Shown here piece after piece: positions 38,831 to 50,862 of a stretch of DNA of 64,000 nt; the first letter of the stretch is position 1; every line of letters begins with the position of its first letter. Source of the DNA: Phoronis australis (taxonomy: Eukaryota > Animalia > Phoronida). The notes beneath the pieces were generated by a model. That model saw only the letters and a list, made by a program, of their open reading frames with translations. It made no database searches and was not told the origin of the DNA. The stretch spans positions 1,618,119 to 1,682,118 of the forward strand of contig NMRA01000021.1 of NCBI GenBank assembly GCA_002633005.1. The letters run 5' to 3'. Position numbers and translations under genes: made by a program.

Positions 38831-41289
38831 GCTGGGAGAAGGGGAGACAAGACACTAACAATGCCGACTTTAGTACTATATGCGAGATACGACTGTAGAA
38901 GTTGGAAGAGGGAGCTTGGTAAAACCATGGGGAAGGACATCAAGTGTTGACGCAATGTTTAAAGATACAGATCTTGCGTCATTTTAGTTGCTCAAAATGC
39001 ACGTGAATTTTATGTTCAATCTTTGAGATAAGATGCAAAAATATTTGTTGGGAAATAATTTTATGTAATATTTTGGACTTCCTCTGTTTTACTGGTATCA
39101 TGTGTTACTCCAAATTTTCAATACAGAGGAAATTCTTCGTAATATTTTGTTGTATAGTGTTAATTGTTATTAGCCGAACCGATGTAAATCAACAAAACGT
39201 TGACAATGACGAGTATCATTGCAATCAAGACTTCGTGCTTCGTTGAAAACTCCCACTGTAAAACAATAGAGCCTAATGACAAGGCCATGCCGATAATGAC
39301 ATAGGATAATGATCCTATGTATAGTAGGTCTAACTAATCGTTCTCAATCAGAAATAAGAAATGAATAGACGCACCGTAATATACTAGGGCACAGAGCGAT
39401 GGACAATCATCTCCAGTTCGTACAAAAGTATATCATAAATGCTAAAAATGAAACTTCGATTTCGAGTTTAATGATTGGCCCCCGAGACATGTTAGGTGTA
39501 ATTTTGCAAATTTGAAAATTCTCTCCTGTCATTATGGAAATAATCTATTTTTTCCAGTCCTGTTAATCCAAAAGCCATATATGGCCACAAAGCCACTGAA
39601 TCCCACATACAATTCCAGATCTCTTTTGCGTCTCCCATGGCACAAGAGTGGCCCATAAATCAATCAGAACAACTTTACGGCACCTACTGGCCTCGGGCTC
39701 TTGTTGCAATCTAATCATCGAATATAATAGCGGTGGACACGGAGGATTGTTGTTCCATGAACAACCCTGCCCATGTGGCACATACTGAGCTACAACACCA
39801 CGTTTCTTATAATATCTCTTTTTATCACTCCGACTGGTCTGCTCACTCAGCTTGTCCGGAACCTGCTTTGCAGGTTGTAATAGCCCAGTTGGCTGTTTGG
39901 TGTACCCACTTGGTACTTTATATGATATTTGCCCATTTGGCAGTTTGTACCCACTTGGTACTTGTTATTGAATTTGCCCTTTTATTCGACCTAGTTGGTA
40001 GGCAATCGGCCAATACCCATTTGGTACTATGCTAACCCGTGCCACTTAGTATCCGATATTCAATTACACTTTGGGTATCGGAAATGTGTGTGTTATCTCT
40101 TGTAATTAAGGAACCCATCTGGTTCCTTCTGTGAAATATTTATTTGTAGAAATGTGACTCTGAAATTCCCAATACAACTTGAAATATATATTATTCTTGT
40201 TGCTTTATTTGTCCCCAACAATACAGGTGTCACCAACTATACAGCAATACGAGCTATCCTTTGCTTGAATACGAAATGAACATATGTACATGTTGACTAT
40301 ATAAGATCTTTTTCCTCCATAATCATAAGTCTGTTGAATTTTGTAACACAGGCATGTAGCTCCATACCGTTTCCAAAAATCATCGTAGAATGGACATTCT
40401 GTAACAAAATGATATTCTGACTCGACACATGGCCTAACACAGAGAGGTCATAATCTTTCTGGTCTGCTAAGTTTTAAGGGTCTACCCTTTTCAGTCATTA
40501 GTGCATGCGCTACTTGTCCACCCTCAGGATTGTTGGCGGAATTGTGTGCGGTAAGCAGCGTGAGGAAGTGAATTGCGAGGCTATGTACATGTATGTTGGA
40601 TAAACAAAACATCCGTTAAAAAACGCAGGTACCAACGTAGAAGGGCTGCTGGTGAGCGTGTGTAGTGTGTGCAGTGTTAAACAACCTTCAGACAAGAGGT
40701 TATTGTGACCGTTCATTGCAAAGCTGTCCACCCATTTCAGACCCCGTACCTGCCGGTCACCAACCATTTCGCATTTGCTCCCCCCCACTCCTCCCACCGA
40801 CCTAGCATTGCTCAAATCGAAAATGGTTTGACTGCATTCGTGTTGGCAACGTTTTTCAAAAAGCAGTGCTGTTTTGAACAACTTAGGATTTGAAGCTAAC
40901 CTTGGTAACAATGTAGGCTTAAGTATGATTGCTTTTTACTAGGCCTTGTAGAACGTCAGACAGAGAGCTGACGATTCAGAGTTCTAAACGTGTTTTTGCA
41001 TTTATTCCATTAGAAACACGTCAAATGACCACAAAAATAAACTTCTTTGTGCTAACTTGCGATGTTTTATTAATAATGTGTCGTGTACAAACCTCAATTC
41101 TTCCATTTTCTGGATTCGCACCTCTCGAATGATTGATTTTTTACACACCATGAGAGAGACAATCCTGAGGCTGAATACGCTAGTAATTATGTTAAAATCT
41201 AGCTATAGGTGTCTGTGTTGTCGTGTCCATGAACTTCGGTAAAAAGTGCTTAGACAAAATCAATCGACTGAGCGTTTCGTCTAAGAGCC

Positions 41290-41297
41290 TATTTAAA
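41290..41297 (+). promoter_or_regulatory. TATA-like box (TATTTAAA) upstream of GPCR 2
   Basis: About 70 bp upstream of the ATG, in a block conserved with the upstream region of the third paralogue (52873-53167 plus 54362-54443). Confidence 0.5.
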
Positions 41298-41364
41298 GCC
41301 ACTGCAAACACAGTAGTTACAGAGGAATCGTAAGCTGAAGTCTAGGGAGGTCTGTATACCTGAA

Positions 41365-42354
41365 ATGGCAGTTATGAACTACACGAATACTTCAGAGACG
41401 CAAACACCATGGTACACGCAAGAGACCATTCCTGATGGCGTTCTAGTTGTACACATGATACTTGAAATGTTAATAATAGTTGCGGCTGTTTTTGGCAACT
41501 CGTTGGTGATTGGAGCATACGTTGTGAGCGTGACAATACGTATGGAACCAAGCAATGTATTCATTATTTCGTTGGCTGTTGTGGATTTAACAACAGCGCT
41601 AGTTGGTGTCCCCGTAAATATTTTACAAAGGTTTATCATTCCGCTTTTCTGGAGAAGCTTGCCCATTGACGCCCTGACGAGCTTTGAGATGTGTATCTTT
41701 GCAATATGCATCAAGTCTTTTCCCATCGCAGTTGGATATAACGTTCTTGTCGCAATAGCCGTGGACCGACTCCTTTTTATCGTTTTCCCACTGCGCTACG
41801 CGGTTATCGTGACGCGTCAAAAATGCTTGCTCATGATAGCGGTCGCATTCGTTTACCAAGCAGTAAATATTATCTGGCTGGCATCTGCCGCTTCCAGAAA
41901 CAATTACAGTCCAGCCGAGGACAGGTGTGAACTCAGTGAAATATATCGTCAAGTGGGAAACAGAGTCAGAGGATTTACATTTGGAACGTTCATTCCAATT
42001 TTTCTGATAATCTCGCTTCACTCCACAGCTGCTCTTATTGCATACCGGAAGAAAAGGAGTGACGTGGCATCTGCAGGATATGTTCAACCGTCTCAAGCGA
42101 GAGGTTACAAGTTTATGCTACGGATCGTTGTGTTATTTCTTATTTGCAATTTGCCAGTTATTTTTGTTTTGACCGTTTCAAAGACAAACGAGATCCCTTG
42201 GTGGATGATTTATGTTAGATACGTTTTTGTTGAGCTGACGTTTTTTAACTCGGCCCTAAACCCGCTTGTCTATGCAAAGTCCATAAAGGAATTTTCCAAC
42301 GAATTTAAAAAACTTTTGCGCGTTACAAGAACTCCAGAAACAAATCCGATTTAG
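41365..42354 (+). CDS. Intronless class A orphan GPCR, 329 aa, paralogue of 36859-37845
   Basis: Same 7TM motifs (GN, SLAVVD, DRL..FPLRY, CNLP, NSALNPLVY); colinear with GPCR 1. Confidence 0.96.
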   Translation: MAVMNYTNTSETQTPWYTQETIPDGVLVVHMILEMLIIVAAVFGNSLVIGAYVVSVTIRMEPSNVFIISLAVVDLTTALVGVPVNILQRFIIPLFWRSLPIDALTSFEMCIFAICIKSFPIAVGYNVLVAIAVDRLLFIVFPLRYAVIVTRQKCLLMIAVAFVYQAVNIIWLASAASRNNYSPAEDRCELSEIYRQVGNRVRGFTFGTFIPIFLIISLHSTAALIAYRKKRSDVASAGYVQPSQARGYKFMLRIVVLFLICNLPVIFVLTVSKTNEIPWWMIYVRYVFVELTFFNSALNPLVYAKSIKEFSNEFKKLLRVTRTPETNPI

Positions 42355-42749
42355 TAAAGTGGCAGAGTGGATTATTTTTGTATAATTGAGTTGTTTTGTT
42401 TTGATTGACTAATTTTTCATGATGACGTCGTTTTCGTTTTTTTTTTTTCGTTATCATGGTTCGTAACATTATTTCTGTACGCATCTATGTACGCATAAAA
42501 TTGCTCACGTGCAATTTACTTTGTAACTGGTTGAAGTGGGCTTGTGGTTGTTGGAGGCTGGTAAGTTCGATATACAGCCAGAACATATCATATAGAGAGA
42601 GGGAGATAAACTTGTTTATTGAGACAAATGCAGTGTTCAAATATAGCGCACATTATTGACAATATGATCATTTTCATACCAGACAGATTTAAAAAATATT
42701 TTTAATTCTAATAACCAAGAGTGTTACCAAAATGTGAAGAATAACAGGA

Positions 42750-43880
42750 TGTAATAGTAACAAAAATGAAATTATCCAGAGAGGTTATATAAATGACTAA
42801 TTGAACCTGGAGGAAACATTTTCAATGATTCAAAATATTAATTGTACTCTACAAAAACGAGAATATGCATCGGTCACAGTTCCTGTCAGGCATTCATCCA
42901 AAATTGCACATCTTTATAAATTAAATAAACCTTAGGTGTCGTTTGAGACAATTGTCTTATCTGGAAAACTCAAAATGTGATAAACTAATTACTCCAATTA
43001 TCTATCCAAACTTTGCATATAAAGATTTCTGATCAATAAAAAATGGGCAAACATCTATTATGCAGCTTTAAAATGTACTGTGGACAGCCCATAACATTGG
43101 TTGCAGTGTAAGACTTTCCATAGAAGTTTAGAAATATGCTCTTTTCTTCTGAAAGTAAAAATTTGTGATCCTGATGCATGAAAAGTATGTTACCGTAAGC
43201 AGGAGACATTGGAATACATTTTACGATTGTTATATGAAAAAAGAAAGTAAACACTGGAAAATAACAATATTCACAACAAAGGGATAATATGTTCATTTGA
43301 ACACCCTTTACCATTGTTGTCATCGTAAACCTTAGAGAATGGAACAGCGGGACATCTGGATTAAAAAACGGACTCCCGGATAAAAAGCAGGAGATTTGGG
43401 TCCAAGCCAAAGCACAAGGGTTACATATTCGCCTCAACACACAAAAAAATCCCCACTGCGTTTTTTGACGAACGGGAGACGTAACACCTAAATGTGCCCG
43501 ACGGCATTTTTGGTCTTTTTTAAGTCGAATGGGAATTTTCGGGCGCCGCAAAAGCCCATGAAACGTCACGCATTTCAATTGAACGCAAAAATATAGCTAT
43601 GTCGTGTAGGAAAATTTGATAGTATATGGTATATTATAATATATCAGTTTTATTTCGCGGGTAAAGGTAAATACTATAGAAAACAGTGCTGCCCAGAAAT
43701 CGAATTAAAAACGGCATCAGGGTAACAGGTAGCCCTTTTTACAAATGAATTATTATAGTTTTCGAAAGTTACATAAACACACATGTCAGTAAGCCTTAAA
43801 CTTTTCATTTATAATTGCAGAACAAACACTCAGAAACCAAATGTCACGTAAAAGACTATAACATAATTTTAACACCCATC
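42750..43880 (+). repeat. Old diverged copy of 27760-29285; partial inverted copy near 34000-34560
   Basis: Shared blocks caggcattcatccaaaa, gaacgggagacgta, cagaaatcgaatta, gcagaacaaacactcagaaaccaa. Confidence 0.7.
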
Positions 43881-44004
43881 ACTCTATACCATATACGTCG
43901 AAGAATTCCTGGGTCAACATTTTATCGTTACGTAGTAGTCCTGCATTTGATAATTTCGTACGCACAAGAACCTAAGATCGCTTGATAACGAAATTACATT
44001 CACT

Positions 44005-44192
44005 AATAAAAATAACAACAGATTTAAGCCGGCTTGACATGTTTCGGCGTTTATTGAAACACCACTATCAGAAGAGTAAAAACACAGCGGCCACTGTTGT
44101 TGGGCCTAACGAGGTGGCTATTGTGTTTTTTTCTTCTGATGATCAATAAACGCCGAAACATGTCAAACCGGTTTAAATCCGTTGTTTTTATT
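44005..44192. mobile_element. Penelope-like inverted terminal repeat relic with hammerhead ribozyme motifs
   Basis: Long imperfect palindrome whose arms carry CTGAT(GA/AG)T...GAAACATGTC. Repeated at about 44306-44497 across an N join. Confidence 0.7.
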
Positions 44193-46009
44193 AACACGTG
44201 CTGCTACTTGCTATCATGGAGAAATTACATTTCGTTACAACTTAACTATGCACNATTTCGTACGCACAAGAACCTAAGATCGCTTGATAACGAAATTACA
44301 TTCACTAATAAAAATAACAACAGATTTAAGCCGGCTTGACATGTTTCGGCGTTTATTGAAACACCACTATCAGAAGAGTAAAAACACAGCGGCCACTGTT
44401 GTTGGGCCTAACGAGGTGGCTATTGTGTTTTTTTCTTCTGATGATCAATAAACGCCGAAACATGTCAAACCGGTTTAAATCCGTTCTTGTTTTTATTAAC
44501 ACGTGCTGCTACTTGCTATCATGGAGAAATTACATTTCGTTACAACTTAACTTTTCACAGACTTTACCAGTGACAATAGTTGAAGATTCTGACTATTTAG
44601 AGATAACTGTTAGCTATTAAAGATACAAGATCAACTGTTAGGGAAAGCCAAAACGATGTACCTTCTCTTCAAAATTTTAAATAGAACAACGTTCATTTGT
44701 TTTGGGTTTCTGTAAAGGTAAAACTCAAATATTGCTCAAATACGCATTGTAAAATTTCTTTGATGTTATAATTTGCAGTAACAACAAAAGTCGCAAAGTA
44801 GTTTCCACACAGATGTTGCTTGCACTCAGTCCTAGTAATCAGAGCCGGGGTTATAGTCTGATGCTGCAAAACGTCCCCGGCATGACAATTCCTACTTATG
44901 GCTTCCGGGTCAGGCCAGTTTTCGTTAGGCTAAGACTATGCCTGTCGGGAAATGAAAAGAGCTGCGTGACACCTGAAACAGTTGATACCAGTACAATTTA
45001 AAAAGCTCAATTAGAAAATGTTGAGGAGAAAATCTTTGAAATAACGCATTACTTCAGAAATAACCGAAGAGCTCTATATACGTGCAAATTTTGTTCAGTT
45101 GGCCTAATTGTCCGGAAACGAGATTTTAGCAGACGTGCCCTTTTCATATCCGCGATTTCCTTCTCTCACTCTTCCTTCAAATTTTGTTCTGCGTATCCCT
45201 GAAAGAACGCATGATACGGAATCAGTTGTAACCACAAATTTCCCAGTTGTCCCAGTAATGCTAATCGCCCAATTTCGCCTTTATGGTAACCAATGAGCTA
45301 TATGTATTTATCTCGTTGGTGGAAACCAACAACAGACCATCGTGTAAGCTCCGCCCATGGGTCGGCCGTATTTGTTTTGGTGGCAGTTACTAGCTGATAA
45401 ATTGTGCAAAATAACGCTGTTCACAAGTAGGTAAGTCATGTACTTCACAGTGGAACACACCATTACTTGGTTATTCAATACATGCACGGAGATCGGATGA
45501 TTGTCATCACGCGTTTTCCATGAAACTGTACCGAAAGAGACAAGACATGGCTGCACAACTTCAAAGGGTTTTACTCAGTTCTTGAGTTCGCATCAGTAGC
45601 GATTTTCTCGAGGCTATTTTGTCAAAACGCGTCGATCAATTTCAATGAAATTACCCAATATTTTGGGCTTCTCTGTAACTTTTGAACAATTTATGGCCAA
45701 ATCATTATTCTGTTTGTGACTAGAGATAAAATTCTATAATTCTATCTTATCTGTAAAATATGAATTGAAAAACAATGCGTCACAGGTTCAAAGTTAAATG
45801 TTAGCTCAATATAAAGCCAGGACTGTTTTCTAAATGTGTATTGCGCCACCTTAATTTTTAGCTTATTTAGTGCATCGATTCCACTTGAAGATTTAGATTT
45901 GAGGTTTCTAGAAATTCTTTTCGAATACATGACTGAATTTAAATAGTTTATCCTCGTTGAACAAGCGGATTCTGGATTGTACACTTTGACTCACCTCAGT
46001 TTTTTTCTT

Positions 46010-47152
46010 AAATATTTATTGTGAAATATTCAATACAATAAATATACATACCCAGAAAACGCCAAGAGGCATTGAATCTGAGTTAAAACATACAAAGAAA
46101 TATATACAATTATTATACGCAAATACATAAATTTACATAAATCAAAAAATTGATGATAAGAGTATAATGACATATGATCACGAATGTAAATAAATCATTC
46201 ATTTCCATACAAAATAAGTTATTCTATATGTATACAACTTTTTCGAGTCACACAAAGAGATTTAACATTAAAAAGAAATTTTGAAACTATTTCGAATGAA
46301 ACTTTATTTTCAATTGGGTCGAGTTCTTTACATCCATTTATAAAAAAAGCAATTTTATTGTACATCTGAGGAATATGTGAATATTTTTGTAAACAATGGG
46401 GGTCTGTAAAAGCTGTACCCTCTTCTACCCGCATACCGCACAAGCAAGAAAACATGAGCATGTGTCTCAGTGTCTCCACAGGATCACAGAGGTGATATTT
46501 TTAAAATTAAGTCTAAATTTGTCGTTCTTCGCATCTTGATCTGTATAGGATTATTTCATGGTTGTGAGAAAGTTGGAATGATGTCAATGGGACTGGCATG
46601 TCTTGAGTAGTGGTACGCAGTTTGAATTTATTACTTGGCGAAATAACTTGCTCTGACGTCAAGTTTTTTTTCCTTTTTTGTTCGTTCGCATTGTATAGAT
46701 CGCATTGTTTACCGATTCCCACGAAATTTACACACATCATGTTTTTGAGAGTGATGATTGAATTGCTTTCTTTTATTTTGGATGGTTAGGAATTTCAGTT
46801 GTCAATGCAAGTTAATATCGTAGATCTTCTGAACGCTTGGCTGTGGGAAGATGGTATAGTGTATCTATTACTTTGCTGCAGTCCTGGTCTTGTGTTGTCT
46901 TTTGTAGGAGTCACAGGGGATTTTGTTTGAATCATTATTTATGTTGTTTAAGACTTTGAATGTATACACGGACTGGTGGAGTACATGACGGGTTGCTAGA
47001 TGTAGTTTGCTCCAGTTAAGACTATTTAGAACCTCGATTGTGTTGGATCATTTCTATGCTCCTGTTATGGCTAAAGCTGCCTGGTATTGTAGTCATGAAG
47101 AAGTATGACTGTGTTAGTAGATTCTGTCACAGTAATCTAGATGTGGAAGTAC
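46010..47152 (-). mobile_element. 5'-truncated decayed copy of the LINE at 55343-59115
   Basis: TTTQDMPVPLTSFQLSHNHEIILYRSRC, IPQMYNKIAFFINGCKELD and the 3' UTR match the inner LINE. Confidence 0.92.
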
Positions 47153-48413
47153 CTCCGTGACTGCTCAACATCTGATCCGGAAGATTATTTAGATCTAACG
47201 TTTGATTCCTCAACGGATATTTTCATAATAAACGTCCCGGGCTTGTCTTGTCTGCAGAAAACTTCGGTAGGTGTTTCCCAGAAGCTAAGTAGCTAAATTG
47301 TCAATATTTGTGCAATGCAAATGAATGATTATGAGTTTTTGTATGAATGATGGAAATACTTTCTACCAAAATTTTGGGTATTAGTTAATTAGTCACGTGG
47401 ATATTGCAAGTTAAAAGTTAGAATCTTGCCACACCCTTGCAAGTCACTTAACACGTGAGCTCCCATCGCATTCCAACACCATAAGGTTGTTTTCCCTCAC
47501 TCTAATATCTTCTTGGCAACCCCAAACATCATCCATTTTCGGATTTGGTTTAGGGAACATCACCAATGGTAATCTTTCGCTAAAAGCACAAATTTCCTAC
47601 GATTCATCATTCATTTTCTTAAAGTGGCCCAAACCATTTCTCAAGTTACCTAATCTGACGAAATAGTCAAGATAATCTTAATGCTTTGCCTGTTCTCATA
47701 CTGACGGTTTGGTCATTCATTTTCCAGGTTTGATGGAACCCTAAGTTTATCTTAGGGTAGTCCCTTTCCGCGTAAATCACAATTAACAATGTGTCATAGA
47801 CGGATCCAGGATTTTGAGTTAAGGGAGACAGGGAGAGTATTAGCCAGGAATTAGATTTTGCCCGTCAGATATTCGCGTATCTGAACTGGCAAAACGGGGG
47901 AGAGGTGGACAGGTGGATTTCCACCTCCTAGAAATTTCGATTTAGTGTCTCTGTTTTCCTTGATTTTTGAAATATATTCAGCCCTCCATGATACTTCTAG
48001 AACCTGGTTGTTCTCTACGTCGAGCGTTCAAATTCCCACTGCCCTTTAGAATGAGTTGGAATCTTAATCCAAAGTCAAATTTTCAATTTTGTAAGTTACC
48101 GACAAAATCGCTCATAACTCTGGACTTGTACCTGCCTTTCTGTCGACTGCGTTTAAGAATGTCTTGTATGAATAGGAACTCCGCCAGCCGCCGAGCCCCC
48201 GGGCCCACTGCGACCCATTTCCCTCCGACGAACGCTGCTAAACAAGGCAAGATAAAACGGCAGTGCTGTCGCTGAAGATGCAAAACAACAGCTAACTTAT
48301 TCGTAATTTTTTATACCACATTTATACCACAATATTAGCCTCGAATGGCAGATACAACCGTGTAATAACACATAAAGTTATGTCACTATTTAGATAACAT
48401 TTTGGCGGGAACC

Positions 48414-48475
48414 GAGGCCGGATTCGAACCCGGACCTCAACAGTTGCGAGTCGCCGACTTTACCAATACATCACT
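48414..48475 (-). mobile_element. tRNA-derived SINE head
   Basis: Minus strand gtgatgtattggtaaag...gggttcgaatccgg, with a B-box and a degenerate A-box. Confidence 0.5.
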
Positions 48476-48515
48476 CAGCGGCTGACGTCATCGAACGTGA
48501 AAATAGAATACTTAA

Positions 48516-50128
48516 AGGAAAATGCCACCCGATTTAATTAGTCTTTTTTGCCGTCTTAATCGGTCTATATCCACGTCGCCTCGCATACAGTCGACCTTAA
48601 CTTGCGAAGAGATGTCGCGTTAACCTGTGAGGAAGGTGAGAAATGACGCTAGCGACGTCAGTGGTTCATATGCAGAGTGAATGCCGCTATGTTGCGGTGC
48701 ATCGTTCCCGCTTGTCCGAACTAAGCAGTTGCGAGGAAAGCGGATATAACGTTTTTTTACTTCCGAAATGCTTAGGAAGTGGCTCACGGTAGTGAAGAAT
48801 GAAATTTACGCTGTAAATAGCAAGTATGAGGCCGTGAAACATCTCCGTGTCTGTGGCCTGCAGACGGACGTCGCCGTGCCTGACGAATGCCAGCTTACCA
48901 AATAACTCCATACGTTCCGTAGTCTGAGCTTGTTCACGGCGCCTCTCTAGTATTTCTTCATCACTGTATTCCTGTTCGAATTGATAGCCTGTAAAACGTA
49001 ACGACCCACCTGCGAAGTCGGAACTCATTGATGAGCTCTAGCTCCGGGGTTGCGTTCTGTTTCGGCAAAATGAATTATCCTCACCCTAACCAATGCTTAT
49101 ATAAAACTGAAACAAAGTCTGTCTCATTAGATGCAATTTGTAATGCCTTTGGGGTGTTCGTGAGTGCAAATGATTTGAGAAGCCGGCTTTAGGTGCAATA
49201 AAACTAATTGACGGGACACCTAGGCCGTGTGCCGAGCTCATGCTAATTTAGTGTTTGCTGGCCGAAACTGTTGTGAAACAACTTAATTACCATCGCACGG
49301 CCAGGTGTTAGGGGAATCTTTATTAACATTTACATTACTCAAATAATGATTGTCAATGTACAACTTCTGCTCTGACGGTGCTGTGGCCAAAGCGGAACCT
49401 GAATTCGCGGCCCCCGTCGAGTAAGCAGATTTGCAGTTTCGTGGCTAATTCACCAACATAATCAGGTGCACATTACTTTGGCTCACTAGTATAGTATTTT
49501 CTTGACTGGAAGTTTAGTTTCCACTGAACTTTGGCTGGTTTATGTTCGTGATGTCTGATCAGTTTCCGAGCCACTGGCGGGGATAACGAGTCAATCCGAC
49601 CGGCCGCGACGGGCCTGATCGTGCTCCGAGCCACTGGCCAGGCTAACAAGCGTCTTGTGTTTAGAACTAAAAAAATCACAAGTCTAAACAACACAGATCT
49701 AGGTTCTCCTGTCTGTATCTCACGGAAAATACTTCGAAATTATCTAGTCCGACCCCAAACTCCTGCTACGGACCTTATTGGCCTACCGAACTTTGTAGGC
49801 TACGGTGTGTCCAAATACCAATAAATCCGTAAGAGCGAAATAAAACAACACGTTTTCGTAAGAATTCGGTGTGTTTTTAAGGGTTTTACATCGAAGTTTG
49901 ATGATTTATTGGTGTTAAACGATGACTTCAAGCGATAAGCTGACACCAGTAACCCGTGTTGTGAACTGCTGAACAGACTGCGGGTGAAACCGATGACGTC
50001 ATTTGATAATTTCAACACCTCCGTCTCCGGTCAGGTGTCAGGTAACCCAACCGTACGTGTCGTTATGGAGTAGAACTACTCGATCTAAATTGATACAAAT
50101 TAGGTTGTTTTTTGGGTGGCATGCTCCT
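48516..50128 (+). mobile_element. Non-autonomous Kolobok-type DNA transposon (1613 bp)
   Basis: TTAA TSD (48512-48515, 50129-50132); TIR AGGAAAATGCCACCC / GGGTGGCATGCTCCT. AG...CT ends fit Kolobok rather than piggyBac. Confidence 0.85.
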
Positions 50129-50697
50129 TTAAATGAGCACGCGCAACAATCGCATGTTCAGCAAAGGGCATTGTACCGACAATTATAAGCTAGGAAAAAT
50201 AAGACACATAATTTCCATAAAAACGATATTCTAATTCAGTGAAATTTTTCTCTCTCTCGTGTTCTCTCACTTGTAAATCACCGATCTCCAATTTGAATGC
50301 AGGTGTCGTGTGGTCGGGATCCTTCGACTTGAGCATTATAGTCAGATACTAGTGGTAACATACTTTAGCAGACGATATATTCCCGGTCGAAGCTTAGCGT
50401 GATAAAATGTGTAGTAAGCTATAACCAATGAGCTATATACATAGCTAGTTATATTTATCTCATTGGATATAACAGTTGCTATACCTTAATTTATAGATTC
50501 ACTTTATTTCTATTTTGTTTTATTTTTCAATTGGTTTTGAGTAAAAGCATTATTTTACAAAAATATCTCGGCTTTTCTTGAAAGATCACGACCTCAGACC
50601 GGCCGGCCTCTGACATAGAAAGTAGTTACAAAGCCAAGGCGAGTCGAGAAAGGTAGACAGATTCATTGCGATGTTTCTCGTTCAGTATGTGGTATAC

Positions 50698-50862
50698 ATA
50701 GATTATTACATGTTCTCAGTCGTTATCTCCCCTTATCTAGAGCCCTCGTGGATTTTGTAGAATTGTGACCCTCGAAGCTAACGCCCCTCGGACGATAATT
50801 CTCCAAAATCCACTCGGGCTCTAGATAACGGGGGATAACGACTTCATCATGTAATAATCTAT
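50698..50862. mobile_element. Palindromic MITE (~165 bp)
   Basis: atagattattacatg..agtcgttatc..ttatctagagccc..gtggattttg is mirrored on the right arm. Confidence 0.85.

Noticed and set aside
40145-40406. Possible solo LTR (TG...CA with AATAAA on the minus strand)
   Set aside because: No target site duplication and no second copy.
36840-42096. Antisense ORFs over the GPCRs (36840-37262, 41379-41726, 41623-42096)
   Set aside because: Shadow frames of the real coding strand.
43953-44551. Apparent ~300-bp tandem duplication
   Set aside because: Near-identical copies either side of the N at 44254; most likely unmerged contig overlap or alleles.
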